From the NCBI GenBank assembly GCA_964035545.1, contig OZ037768.1, positions 14,331,675-14,395,674 of the forward strand: a stretch of 64,000 nucleotides of DNA. Reading direction: 5' to 3'. The translations under genes were made by a program, and so were the position numbers. Of the stretch, positions 22,521-37,176 are shown piece by piece. Every line of letters begins with the position of its first letter. Within the stretch, counting starts at the first letter, position 1. Origin of the DNA: Bugula neritina. Lineage: Eukaryota; Animalia; Bryozoa. Under the pieces are notes generated by a model that saw only the letters and a list, made by a program, of their open reading frames with translations, did no database searches and was not told the origin of the DNA.

Positions 22521-24608
22521 TTAAATATATCTTTACGAGCTATCAATTTGATTATAAATAGGTATACGAGAAACATTGTTGATTTATTACTTTATTAGGT
22601 AAAGTAATTACACTGATACTTCGGGTACCACTGTACCCATCTTCAGAAAAGCAATGAATGAAATTCAAAAATTATTATGTTACATTAGACGTTATGCATG
22701 ACACAAAGAATAGAGAGTGGCAGTTATTGTAAATTATTGAAACTTAGGGAGATAATCTTATTTTATATATTACGCAGGTCAAAAATTATACTGATTTTTT
22801 TTTTGCATAAAAAATAAATTAGAGTTGACAAAAAAAAAAATAGATATCTAAATATAAAAACAGCAAGAATTAGTGAAACTATGTGAGAGTTGAGTAGTGT
22901 GGAGCTATTGATATAGTTTTAGTGGTATGGAGTAATTTTGTTTATTGAGTTGCGGTTTTATTTGTTTAATGTAGAGAGCTTCGGCTACTTTTCGATGGTG
23001 GATTCCTTTAAATGAATGATTTAAAACTGTTACATTGTCTATTGATATGTTTCCATGATTAGTGGTGGAGATGTGTTGATAAATTTTGGAATTGATGTCA
23101 TGGCAGTGTTCATGTATCCTGTGTGATAGGCGATGTCCGGTTTCGCCTACATATGTTTGTTGACAGGTAGCTTCAGCGCAGGTTATTTTGTAGACTAGGT
23201 TGTGAATGTGTTCTTTATTGGTTTTATCTTTGAGATTAAAATGTGAACTTAAGGGGGTTCCTTTAAATAAAATCCGGGCATTGAGTTCATTTGAAAAAGA
23301 GTCTGTAATTAATTTATTGAGGGAGCGGATTAGTTTTTCTCCTGTTACTCCTTTATAAGGCAGCTGGAGTAAAATGTGTTTCCTGTTGTCTTTTTCACTG
23401 AATAGTCCGTCACCAATGTTGTTAATAGTTTTCTCTATTACATATTTAGGGTAACCATTTTTATGTTCAAAAACATTTCGAATATAGTTTAGTTCTTGGG
23501 TCTTAAGTGCTGGAGTAGAACAGATTTTATTAGCCCTTAATACTAGTGACTTGAGTGTGCTTAGCTTCCACGTTTTTAGTGAGAAAGAGTTCCAATGTAA
23601 ATATGTATCGTTATGTGTTGGTTTGCGGAATACTGTGGTTTCCACTGAGCTATTGTGTCGCAAAACTGTAACATCCAGAAAAGAAAGTGATTTATTGGTT
23701 TCTAGTTCGTGAGTAAATTTTATGTTAGGATGAAAATTATTAAGTGTGTTGAGTGTTGTGTTAATATAATCAGGGTCTATTGTTGCAAATGCGTCATCTA
23801 TGTATCTCACCCAAGGTGACATTGAATTCAATTTTGGTATTACTTTCTGTTTTAGTTTTGTCATGAATATATTCGCAATAATTGGTCCTAGAGGAGATCC
23901 CATAGCAACACCATCCGTCTGTGTATAAATGATGTCGTTGAAAGTAAAGTGAACTTGTTTTGTACAAAGGTTGAGTAAGTTTATCATTTTCTTCTTTGGT
24001 ATAGTTGTTTGGATTCGTTGTTTCTCATAAATATCATTTATGATTGCTGAAATCGTGTAGTCAAGTGGTACAGAAGTAAAGAGGGAAACAACATCAAATG
24101 ATATCAGTTGATGGTTTGCTGGAATATGAAGTTGCCGGATATAATATGTAAGAAAACTATCGGTTGATTCGATATTACTTTCAGATTCACTAAGTGGTTT
24201 TAGCATTTTGGCCAGGTATTTCGCAAGTTGGTATGATGCAGTGCCTATGTTAGAAATTATTGGTCGCATTTGTAGCTTCTCTAGACCATCTCCTTGTTTG
24301 AGTTTGTGTATTTTGGCCATCCCGTAAAATTTTCCAGGTGCTGAACCTGTTGGATATATCCTTTTGTAGTCAGTGTCAGAAAAATGCTTTTTTGATACTA
24401 CGTAATTCTAATTGTATTCGATTTTCAATAGTTTTTGTTAGATCTGTGGAACATGTTGAAAATTTTGGTGTATTTAGTATTTCTAAACATTTGTTGATGT
24501 AATCCTTCTTATTCATGACAACAGTACCTTTTCCTTTGTCTTGTTTAATTAATGCGATATCCTTATTATTTTTCAATTTCTTTAGAGCATCATCAAAATA
24601 TTTTGGCA
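22520..24608 (-). mobile_element. Penelope-like retroelement (Penelope/Poseidon-like), 5'-truncated; RT + GIY-YIG ORF 24320-22905
   Basis: Motifs QDKGKGTVVM (upstream, one frameshift near 24380), GMAKIHK, RPIIS, SFDVVSLFTSVP, GVAMGSPLGP, RYIDD, SFLDV, FRKPT, LVYKITC...YVGETG...RIHEH. (TA)n at both ends. Confidence 0.95.
22607..22655 (-). ncRNA. Degenerate hammerhead-like motif in PLE 3' region
   Basis: CUGAAGA-u-ggguac-agug-guaccc-GAAG (not GAAA); imperfect stem I; no proper stem III. Confidence 0.5.
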
Positions 24609-24783
<175 letters not shown>

Positions 24784-27091
24784 GAGATGCAGTCTGCAAT
24801 GCAATGCAATGCTGCAATGATAATTTTTATTATATTAAACATAACCATTAGAGTGTTTCTTAAGACACCATGAACCATGGATCTGATTTTGAGGACTATG
24901 TTAAAAAGTGTAGACTAAATTTATGCAAATTATTTCAGTTTAAAACTTTAAAATATTTGTTACATTATGTGTCTTTATATTTTTTTTTGTTTTTATGCTA
25001 AGTTTTATAATTTATATGCTTCATAAGTAGAAGCAGCTTTTCACTGATTGCATATATATTATATGCTCACTCGTGGTGCGTGCGGTGCGTGTGTGCAAGT
25101 GTGTGTGTGCTTTCAGGGACTTGCTGAGTTATAGTATGCAACATGAGTTCCATAATATTGATTTGTCAGTAGTATGACTGCTGGGGCACTGAAATCATGT
25201 CAAACAAGTTAAACTACAAAATTAACCAGTTTTTTAAATATTTCGCTCTAGTGCTTGTAATAGCCCTTGAGTAGAATTCTCTCATTGTGTAATTTACTAT
25301 GTGTTCAAACTGCGGAGAAAGTTAGTTCTGTTTGAACGAAGCCACAACCAGTGAATGGACTTAGTTCAATGGAGACATGTAATAAAATAGGCTTAGAACT
25401 TGTATCATATAACTGAGGTCTTTATTGTCTAAAATCCACATATAATAGTAAATCTTGCATAATAGATATTTTATAGTATCAGCCTAAATAATTTATTTGC
25501 TGATACCCTGAACTTTTTATGCTTATATTTTACACCAAAATATGTTTGATTTACTAAGCTAGTTATTTCAGCCTGCTATGCAGTTATGTCGTAATGTATT
25601 GGGAGCCAAAAAGTTGAGAAAAGCTATAAACTAACATCAGCTCGGAAGACAGTTATATTTTTAATTTGACCAACACCTGCTACTAAAGAGACAAGTATAC
25701 CTAAATAAAATATGTTATTCAAAAGTGCATATAACTGGTTCTTGAACACACATAAGTTATATAAACATGCATCATAAATATACATTGTCCAGCTCATGCA
25801 ACTATTGATGCATTCTTATACAATGATGTCACATCAACAAGAAACTTGTTGCAAAATAATAGACATGAGTTAGTGGTGCTAGTTTGCAGCAACTGTAAGT
25901 TGCTGGTGGCCAAGATGCAAGTTTTATAGTTTTACAAACCAGCATTTTATTGCTTTAATAGGTAACATATCCTGACAGTGCTAAGACTAGAGGGTGTAGG
26001 ACTTCATCAACAATAATGATTATACCTTATGGCTTACACAAATATCAGAAGAAAACTTTGCAATTGTTTTTAAATTATGAGTTAGTCTATCTAACAAATA
26101 ATTAATGATGAGTAATTTTTACATTATGTAATTATATTTTTCGGTAAAGAAGCTGTAGATTTTTTTTGTGCATATATGAGAAGTTGCTATAAACAGTACA
26201 AATAAAAGTTCGTCTATATACAAGGTAAAATATCGTTGTAATAAGAAAACCTTATTTTCTAAAGAATTTGCAGCAGTAACTTGCAAATAAAAAAATACAT
26301 CAAAAATCTAAAAAACATCACCAATTATTTATTGCAACATTGGAGCTGATAAAAAGTCAAGTTATTAATCGTTAAAGAGATCACAAACATAATAATTGTC
26401 ATATGCTTACATGTTCCAATGTTTTATAGAAAACAAAAGAGTTATTTTAGAGGATAGTACAGTCCATAGTTTATACATTGTGGTCTAATACAGTTGAAAT
26501 ATGTGTTTACAGTGTAATATACTGCACATTTATAAAGCTTTAATCAATAGCATTTATGAAATATTTGCAAGAAAGTACAGAACAAATTGCAGTAGATTGA
26601 CACCAATATTTTAGTGATAGAATATTATTCCCAGCTCAACACGATACAGCTATAATGGCAAATCAATTTACTTTTATTGTTAGCTAAACAAAGCATGAAT
26701 GTGTTCTTAAATTAAAACAAAAATACATGTTTTGACAATAGTAGCATTGCTATGATGCATAATAGGCTGAGTTGTTTTCCTCGTTGAAATTCAGTCAAGT
26801 TTGAGAAAAGGAATGATAACTCCACAAGCCAATGTTAAACTTTGTAATCACTGATCTTGACATAAACAATTATTATTAAGAGGCTAAAAGCTGTTAGTAC
26901 ACATAATTTTGATGGAGGAGATTATTAATTATAAAACCAAAGGAACAAAATTAGTAAACCAAGTAAAGTTCTGCTTGCAAACAAGATTGCAACAATAATA
27001 TATATTTTTTAAATGTACACAAAGTCTGTATCAAGCAACATAGATTGCTAATGTTTTTTGCTATACTGATACAAATTCAATAAACAAAAAG

Positions 27092-30000
27092 TTATTTGCC
27101 ATATGGGCTGAAGATCCCACCAAGACCCATTGAAGAAACATTGTGAGCCTTTAATCTCAGTGATGCTATACTCGAGGTACGTAGGTCATTGCATACATCG
27201 CTGCCTGAAATTACAGAAATAAAAATGATTTGCAATAAAACAGCATCTGCCACATCTAGTTCAATGGTAAAGCTGATCATTCTAGACATTAAATACTGTT
27301 AACTAAGTCATGTTAGTTTTAGTAATTGCAACAAAGAGCTTCATTTACTTATTCTATTCACTTCAACTTTTAACACCACAACATGATTTTAAAAGTGAAT
27401 TAAATTGAATGAACTTCCAGTGACTGTTAAGTAATTTACAGTGCAATTGCCATCCTATCTCACATTGTATTCTAATGAAAGACTCTCCTCAATACTTGTT
27501 TCACAAAACAACATGGAGGTCAGCTAACTTTATACAAAAAGAGACAAGGCAAAATGTTCACACCTGTACTTTACCTCCTAGTGTGTTATCCGGAACACAT
27601 TGCCCGGCAGCTGGAGCTCCCATGTTAATCATTTGCTGTGTTGTTGCTAGGTTATTTAATGGAGGGATATGTTGTGAAAAGGACATGAAGTTAGGCATAG
27701 CTCCCGATGAAGGGGTCATACAGTTCTGACTGGTTAGAGGCATGTAGGACTGAGGGTTTGGGTTTGGTGCAGTCCAACCTGGGAAACCCTGTTGAAAATC
27801 AAAGCATATTATATTCGAATTTATTGTACAAACAAAGTTTATACATATGCAGTGTTAAATCAATTTGATTTGTTTATAAATATGTACGAGAAAGTTTAAC
27901 AGTGCTAGCAATAATTTAATTGAAATTAATTTCCACAAAAACCTATTTGCACATTTTAAAGTGCCAAATAATTAGCTAGCAACTAGTATCTAAACATCCT
28001 ACAAGGTAAAAGCCTACTCCAACAAGGTAAATATTTTAAAAAATGGCTAGTTACAAAAGTTAGAGTAGCACCCAAGATCACTGATTGTAGTGGAATGCAC
28101 CATCTCACTAAAGACTATAATCTATATAGTGTAACGTACCATGTGGGGCAAATCATGAGGAGAATACTCAGGACGACTCATGCTATTTATATCATATGAT
28201 GAAGGTACAGAGCCAGTGTTATTAGCTATTGGTCTGCCCATATTAGACATTGGTGTGAATCGTTCTCTTTTCCTCCATTTAGCGCGTCTATTTTGAAACC
28301 ACACCTAACAAAGCAAACATTGATTTTAACTAATTCGGAGTAGTTAGAACTTTTCAAAATTGTGTGTGCGTGTGTGTGTGTGTGGGTGTCCGTCAGTCCC
28401 GTTGCCAATAGTCTTAAAGTATGAAGTTTTAACATACAAGCACAGTTCTGAAAAAATAAGGATAAAGTCTTGCTCTAATGTATTCATACATAAAACTTGT
28501 GGGAATTGAAGCTCAGACTAGGCTTTCTTGAAGTTTATTAAAGTCAAAATGACTTGCAAAAAGGCCACCAAAATATCTACAAATACTAAACAAGATATAT
28601 TTATAGAAACTTCACAGGCCATCTATTTAATGCAGCTAACTCAATTATACCATTTGTTGTTTTGTTAACACTATTACAAAACTTTCAAAAAGTGTGCCAA
28701 ATGTATTAATTACTTTCTCATTAAATTAGTATGTTTAAGGATTTTGCCAAGATACTCATCAACACCATTTATAACTGATTAAAAGCAATATGGTTCCCAC
28801 TAGCTATACTGCGCTGCTTGACTTTGACACTGCTGACTAAAGCCCTCAGTACTAATTAGAAACATAAAGTTAGCCAGCTTCATTGTTTGAATGCCATGTT
28901 GCTGCCTACAGGCATAAAATGTCAGTTGTGGGACTGCAGCGATTTCTGAAATTTGATACTTCTTGAACGGTGTGTGAATCATAAACTACATAATTCAAAG
29001 CATAAAGAGGCAAAACAGAGCTGTGCAACTTATAACATTTAACATTATAATAATTATTTATCTAGCATATTTTCTATTATATGTACTTGTGATATCAAGC
29101 ATATCCTTCTAAATTATGAATATAATATATTTCAAATATAAATAATGTAAGGGTTTTGGCTTACATTGAAAATAATTTTTCAGTCCAGACAGTTTAAATT
29201 TAAAAAGCTATTTATGGTTTAGTAGGCTGATGGATTGCTTTAACTTTGTATAGAGTATAGATTGTACAGTCCATGTACAAGACATTAGGAATATATTGTA
29301 AAAGTTCTTCAAGTTTTGTAAGCTTTATCTGGTTATTTGAATTTGCTATTCTGTTTAAATATTATATCCATAACTGAATATCATGTCAGTTTCTATCTTG
29401 ATATCAAACATAAACATTTTGCTGTCAGAGAATGATGCTAGGCTGTCAGTCCGACATATTCAAGTAAAGATTACAAGAGATCAGTTCTTCTATTTCATAG
29501 CCTCAGAACCTATTTCTTGAGTTCATACAGCTTTACCATAGACACTTTCAAGTATAGGTCTAGACCTAAGGCACAAAAATGAACTACAGTTGATGGCTGT
29601 TGTTTATCAGCCCACCAGGAACCATATTAGGTGTACTAGTTTATTGTTAAGTATCTGCATGCAATAACATACAAGCCTCTTTGTTTTCATGAAAGATGTA
29701 CTGATAGCCAACATATTTGCTGTAAATTACAAATACTGTTTTTAGTTGCTGTATACTGTACAAGTTATACTAATACAGCTTCAAAATTTCGAGTCAATTG
29801 TAAGGTATTTATAAATTGTTGGGCAAAAATTATTATTAGAAGTTTTTAATTTTTCATCTCCAATTTTCAACATTGACTTTGCATTGCTTTTTGCTTGTAT
29901 CAGTTCAACTGATATCAGTTCAAATAAAGCACCCATAAAACTGAGAGCACTAAGTATTTCCTCACCTATCCCGCTCTGTCCTGTTCCGGTAGCTACTAGG

Positions 30001-33000
30001 TGTTTGAAACGTTTTAATTTGCCGGCAGTTTCAGTTTATATATTTTCAATGTGTAACTTGAATATATTTTGGCTTGTCTCTAATTCTATATGCTTGGAAG
30101 GTTTGTTTTGTTTTGGCTTACAAATAATTAATGTATATTTTAGGGAGATTATTGCATGAATATTTTGATTTCTTTATAAAAAGTAATGGAAATTGTACAA
30201 ACTAGAACCAATTTTGTATCAATAGATTCTTTGAAGTAGAATTTTTAGCTTAACTTTTCAACTGTGACAGAAAGTAATAAGCCTGTATCAGTAACTCCAT
30301 CAACATTCTTTTACATACATATCATATTGGCAGGAATTTTAATTTCCATATGAACTAAAAAACTTTAGGCTAAAAATCATGCATATTTTTTATAAAATAA
30401 AATAATTAGGTGAAAGTTGACTATACTAAAATATTATTGTGAAATCCAAATAAAACTGCATGTGCAAGTAATTATATAGCAAAGTTCCTCAGACTTTTAA
30501 AATTTGTTTTTAGTAGCTAGGTTAAAGTTGTTAAAAACAAAAAAATTGCTCAACAATTATTCAATGAATTTTCATGGAACAAGGTTTAATAAATTTCATT
30601 TTCTGAAGTTTGTGCTAATTATAGATACACTGTTTGCCAGGCTTGCTCTTGTTTATAAAGCTATAGTTATATAGAAACTTACAGTATAGGAGATTTGCAG
30701 TAGTAATAGTAATCTAATTGTCTTTGATTAATTTATTTAATTAGAGTTAGGTAAGTCAAGATGTTAATAATTGCTATGGTCAATATACTGAAATGTGATG
30801 ATTATACAAATTAGTGATAATGAATTTTTATCAAGTTTGATTGATAACCATAACGCAATTAGAGTTGGGGAAGCCCTTCCTAAAGAATACACACTAGGAA
30901 GCTTTTCGCTATGACTATAACTTAAGTAGCTTTTGAATCGTATCTAAAGTTGATGCACTTTGAAGCAAGTAGATGGCATTAACTGACACACAATACTACT
31001 GACTTGAATGTTTTCTATCTGATAAAAATGCTGCCGTCCTATCTCAGATTCCTCCTATTTCGATTGTATCAAGTCAAGTTTCATTTACAGGCAGTGATTT
31101 TGAGCACTTACAACAGCTGCTAGCTTTTATTTGAGTATGAGGAGCCAATACTTAGCATGAAACCATTTCAGACAGAGCTCAAGCTTTTGACTCCAATTAA
31201 ACCACAAAAGCATCAACAAGCCATCAACAGCAGCCCACGACCTACTATCAATTTACACAATTTCCTCTGAATTGCAAACCAGTCCAGATATTTTTGTTCA
31301 ATGTAATAAAAAATACAGAGCTGGGAAGGATACACTTAATTTTCTTACTATCAAGCATATATTGCAAAGATTTCTTAGCCAAATATATTAAATAAGTAGA
31401 AATGTAGGAAAAGCTTGTATTGATAAAAATATTGTTAATGGGAAGAACAGCTGATATGAAATTAATGTATTTGTAACCAGGAAATTTAATTGCATCTCAC
31501 ACTCATGGTTTAACATTGATTAGCTCTTCATTATTGCAATTGACCTTTAATTAAGCTGTTTTACAAGCAGTAATTTACACTACCTATAATACACAGGCCT
31601 CAGTGACTACCCACAAACCTTTATGTTCAAACTTTAGGTAATCTATGAAAATAGCTGCATGATGTGACCTAAGGGATGTGTGGCAAAAATACGGTATGTA
31701 TTGTGAACATTTTATTCTTCTGCACATAATCTTTGCATAAAGCTATCAACTAATATACATGTCTAACTCACTGTAATTATTAATGAATTTTTGGTCGTAT
31801 TCCCATAATAACCATTTTAATTGATATATGCAACTATCCAGTTATAACATTATTATTAAATTAATAATAATAAGGCTGTTAATCTCATAACCATCACATC
31901 TGGATAGATAGATAACTGGCTAATCTTACAGCTATAATATTATTACACTTTTACTGACTATAATTATAATCAAAATGAAAATGACACTTCTAAATAAGCT
32001 GTTATGTAAGAGATGGGAAGCCTCTACTGCCAGTAGTTCAAGTATAGATTGCAGTTTGTTAGACAAACTTTATATTAAGGTATCCTCTCAATTATTGTAA
32101 GCTACAAGTTAGCAATAGGTAGATTCATCAACAATTGCAATATTAAACACAAATTATATACATAAAATATTGACTTCTCATGAAAAATCAAATTCGTTGG
32201 AGAATAAATAAATTTATTTGCAAATTATTCCTTTAACCCAAACGCCTAACCTAAATTTTTGTACTTCGAATAACTAGGTAATATTCATGTAATATATTAT
32301 AAGTTTATATATAAACAGTACTCTACCTGCACTCTCGCCTCAGTGAGATCACACCTCATTGCTAGCTGTTCTCTGGCATAGACATCTGGATAGTGAGTCT
32401 TCTGGAATATCCTTTCCATCTCCTCTAATTGGTAACTGGTAAATGTTGTTCTATTTCTTCGTTTCTTTCTTTTGCTTGAATCTCCTGCATTGCTGTCTTC
32501 ACTACCATGACCCTCACCCCCACTTAGATTTCCTGTGGGTGTTTCAGGTGGTGTTTGCATGCTATTTGTGGTATCATTCTCAATGGCAGATTTTGCGCTG
32601 GGATAATATGGTTCAGGTGATCCTATAAAAGGAATGAAGAGGGCTTGAGTTATTAAGAATATTTATAAATTAATATACTCCTAGTACTAGTAAAATATGT
32701 ATATTGATGATATAGTATAATGATATATCAGTCATTATGAATCCAATATATAAAAAGCTTTTGTGTTTAATAATACTAAAAGTTGAACATGTTTTTTATA
32801 TATTTTATATTATAATAATAAACAGCTGTTTAAATTCTGTTATTTTGTGCTTTTTTACAGTTTGTCTCAACAGGTGGCTTTTAATGATCAAGGAAAATGT
32901 TCATGTCTCAGAAATGATGTCATGCATCTGCAGTTTGACATGATTTTCCCCTAAGGTTAAATCTGCGTGTGCTTTACTGCTGTGCATATCAACTTAAGGC

Positions 33001-35679
33001 TCACATTTTTTTAAATCTACCACAACAGTCTATAAACTTTAAGTTTGGTGACAGTAGTTTTAGCAAACTAATGGACGGCATAGTTAGATGAAAACCAATG
33101 AAGTAAAGACAGCAAGGAGTAATGCGTCGAGGAAGATAGGACTAAGGAAGGCAGCAGTGAAATACTTCAATTTAATAGACTTTGTGGTTCTATTTGATAA
33201 ATGTGTCATACTTTGGAAAGCAAGACTAGTAGTGGCGCCAACTCAACTTCACTTACAGTGTTTGAGGTTAGATTGGGGCACCGATGTTACAGTAAGAATC
33301 AACAGAGAAGTAATTGAGACGAGAGTGTGGAGTTACCTCTTGTATTGCATTTCAAACAAAGCAAGAAACCTATTCAAGGCAGTATTAATGTTCTTTTTCA
33401 TCAAACTGTTCAGCAGCATACATTTTAAAGGCAGTAATAAAAATGGAATGCGGTTTGACTACACTGGATTAATTGTATCCTCTATAATGTGAAAGAGTTT
33501 ACCAGGGGCTTCAACTCATTCATCTACCAGCAAAATAATATCGATTTATAGTCATTAAGCTGTTGAAGCAATGATTTAAATGCATTGATAAAAAATTAAA
33601 AGTAGTAGTCTACTCAAAATAAAAAACTTAAATATATTTAAAATAAAACAAATATGCATACTAAAATACAATAAAATTGCAATTGGTTATATTACTCTTT
33701 TTAGTATATGCCATAAATCTGTGTATTACCAAGACGCATAACAACATTCTCTCAAAATTGTATCAATACAGCAGGAGGCCAACTACAAGCAAATATTTTA
33801 TTTGTTTGTGTTTGGCTGGCTGCAGCAGCAAATGAATCAAAGTTATCAAACTACTGCACTATATTAAAAGGCAGGAAGTATTGTGAGATTCTATGGAGCC
33901 AACTAACATGTGTTTAGTTTTTGTTCGAATGAATCATACAGACTATCGTTGAATTAGCCAGCTGGTATTAGTCTGGTAAAAGCTTGACTAGCTTTATCAG
34001 TGACCAAGATTAGCATTTTCCACCTAAAAAGTCTATGGTTAGTTTACCTACATGCATATATGCTCTGTGCAAAGCTACCAAAACTACAAAGGAATGTATA
34101 ACCTAAAATTTGTACTCAAAACAAAGATGAATGCTAGTGTAGATTGAAGTAGGCTGGCAGCTCCTGTCATAAATCTTACATATGATTCGATAAATGATTC
34201 TTTGATGTACATTGAAGTTCAGCATTCTGCAAGGTCTCTAAGCTCAAATATTCAATTAAATATTATTCATTTTCAACTAAAATGGGTAATTACAGTTTTA
34301 TTGACGAATTCATGAAATATGTTGATATTATTTTTTCCAGCTTTTCTAAATATAGCTTACTTGATAAACACAGTACCTGCTTAAGCTTAACCAAATGAGT
34401 TACACTGGTGAGCTATTGTTTGCTGTTTACTCAAGTTGAGCAACCATAGCCTACTGCCTATAGACATAAAATCATTAATGGGATCACATGTGTCTCAAAT
34501 TACTCCATAACAGTTGTGAACCAATTGTCTAATTATAAACATAAAAATTATCCCAGAAATTATTTTAATTATTGTAAATGGCCATTTCAGGAAAATAACA
34601 AGAAATTGCTTACATTAATGGTGGTTAATTGCTCAAAGAATTATGGCTTCTAAAAAGAAAAATATAATAGCAATGTTATGTTTATATTTTAATGTACTTT
34701 TTAGTTTCATTAACCTATATATGTTTGAATAACAAGATATGATATATCTACTTGATTCATTGAAAAAACAACTAATTAATGCTTATCAAAATTTAAAAAT
34801 CAGCTATGTAGAATCACACAATTGAGTTATTTCAAGTTATCCACAATTCTACTGGTTTTAAAAAAATCAGCTAGAAATATGATGTGGGGCAAACTTGATA
34901 AATGATGCAGATGCAATCTATAATTGCATGAATAAAATATTTCAATTAATTCATAATTGTGATAATCGATTATGAGTAAATTACATATACTTTTAAGCCG
35001 TATTTATATTAGTCTTGCACCTACTGTGAAACTCTTCAAGGTTTATAACCTTTAGTGTAAGAGACAATGGCAGAAAAGAAATATTTTCTTATGCAACAAT
35101 GTGCTTAAACTTTATACAGATTTTGCAGTATTTTAAAATTCTGTAAAAATGTACTAGCATATTGATATTTACAAAATGAAAATATAATTATCAATAAATA
35201 GTTGATTATTACAAGTAGATGTTGAGAACACAGAATATTCAATATTGCTAGTATATAGTATGCTTTTATAAGTAACATTTATATTATGGAAGTTTATAAA
35301 TATAAGTATAAGTAAGAGTGATGAGATCTTTCTTTTAATGAACACTATCAATAAAAAGGTGTCTATATGAAGCCACATGGACTAATACTGCAGTTCACCT
35401 TGTAGGCTTCTATGCACTGAAACTAGTGAAATAAGCAGTAATATGTACATACAATTACATACCTGGACCTGGTTTTGCAGTATTAAGTATATCATTAATA
35501 CTATGTTGTGGTGCTTTGGTATCTATATTATGGGTATTTGGTGATTCAGTAGCTTGCATAAAGCCATGAGGTCTTCGTGATGCTGTGTGATTGTAACTTG
35601 GCGGATCTCCTTTGCTAATATATTGTAAACTCATTTCAGCTACGCTTTTACAACTATTGTTGTATTCTATACCCAGCAT
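27092..35679 (-). CDS. Alx: Aristaless-like (Alx family) paired-class Q50 homeobox transcription factor with C-terminal OAR domain, ~334 aa
   Basis: Exons 35679-35463, 32622-32327, 28304-28140, 27788-27575, 27204-27092. Homeodomain [47 protein letters not shown]|[14 protein letters not shown] with the PRD-class intron at Q|V; OAR motif [12 protein letters not shown]. The start could instead be the ATG at 35634. Confidence 0.93.
33088..33540 (+). mobile_element. Highly degenerate BEL/Pao LTR-retrotransposon RNase H remnant in Alx intron 1
   Basis: [18 protein letters not shown]...[13 protein letters not shown]...[12 protein letters not shown] parallels the recalled Pao pattern SDAS..GYGAV.YLR...KARVAP...L.WI.N...FK. 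Confidence 0.4.
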
Positions 35680-35850
35680 TACACACACTCTCCCTTACAG
35701 TCTGATGTCAGGAAGGATAGGTTCAGGGTTTATCTACTGCCTAGGCTCTGCTAATGTCAGGAAATCTGGTAGAGCGGTGGGTGAGCTAGGTTATAAATTA
35801 GAAGCTGTAATGTTCAACAAGTTTTCCACTCTGAGTCTACTCCCTGTTAG

Positions 35851-35949
35851 TATATATGCCTGATGCCAAATGAATTCATTGTACCTCAACGCTAGATAGC
35901 GCCTAGTATATCAGTGTACATCAGCCTATCATGTGGTTACCATAGCAAC
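35851..35949 (-). promoter_or_regulatory. Alx proximal promoter: TATA-like box and RFX X-box
   Basis: TATATA at 35851-35856; GTTACCATAGCAAC at 35936-35949 fits the X-box consensus GTTRCCATRGYAAC. Confidence 0.5.
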
Positions 35950-37125
35950 TGGGCAGCACTGTAGTAACTGCAGACATGTGCTGCCTTTGTTTGAGTTAGA
36001 AAACCTCCTACTGTGTTGTGGCTACTCATATTGTATTCACTGCACAACAGGCTATCCTAAACACAAAAATAACAACAAATAACATTTAATACTTAGGCAT
36101 GAGAGTTTTAGCAAATTTCCATCTACTCCGTAATTTTGGTTTACTAGCAGCGTTTGAGTACCCAAATATTTCTACAAGCTAATATAATTCACAAACCAGC
36201 CTATTGATGCATATAACAAAAAATGCAATATTATACTTATTATACTATATTTACTGTAATATTACTTTGTTAGTCATTCAAATGATCAGCCATGTATTTA
36301 ATGTGTTGGTGCATAGCATTATTGTAAATAGAAATATTAGTTGATGCAAGTAGTTTGTATAAACCGAGTTTTACTCATCAAATTGTATTATTTAACTACA
36401 ATATGTTTTTATCTCAATTGCCAACATAGATCGGCTTCAACAGTGCAAACTTGAAAGTTGCACTTGGGTTAATGATCAGCTATTTTATTTTATGTACTTT
36501 ATAATATTTTCTCTAGCTTAGATGGCCATGTGAAAATGACACAAAGCCATCAGAACTTTTAGCAAATATTATGTATATAATATTACATCGAATTTTACAA
36601 ACCATCTAAAGATATGCTATATAATATTTGTTGCATGTTCACTTATAGCTATAGACTTAACAATGTAGCTATTATTGCAGTATATAAAATTCATTTCCTT
36701 ACTAGCCAAGTGAAGAATATATTTAAATAAACTTTTGTGCGTTTATCAATATAGTATGTAGTGCAAAATTTATTAGGTTTGTTTCAATAATATAACTCAT
36801 TGCATTTATTTATCTAAGATATATAACAGGTACTATCTTAGCTAAGTTAAGTGCTTATTAAGGGCATATTAAAACTCTAAGTTTCTTTCCATATCGCGAT
36901 ATTATCATATTTTTGCCTTAATAGGATAATATTAAAAAAATGCACCTTTTGACATTGAGCTTTTTAATTTAGTTGAACTTTATTAATAGATTTGGAATTG
37001 TTGGAATTACAAATATTGTACACTTTGAAATCCACATTACTGAATTGTTCACCACCAACTCTATTAAAATATGAATTTGTATCACATACAACAAGATGAT
37101 TAAATTAAATTTATGACAATAAGCA

Positions 37126-37127
<2 letters not shown>

Positions 37128-37170
<43 letters not shown>
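37128..37170. repeat. (TA)n microsatellite
   Basis: Direct reading. Confidence 0.95.
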
Positions 37171-37176
<6 letters not shown>

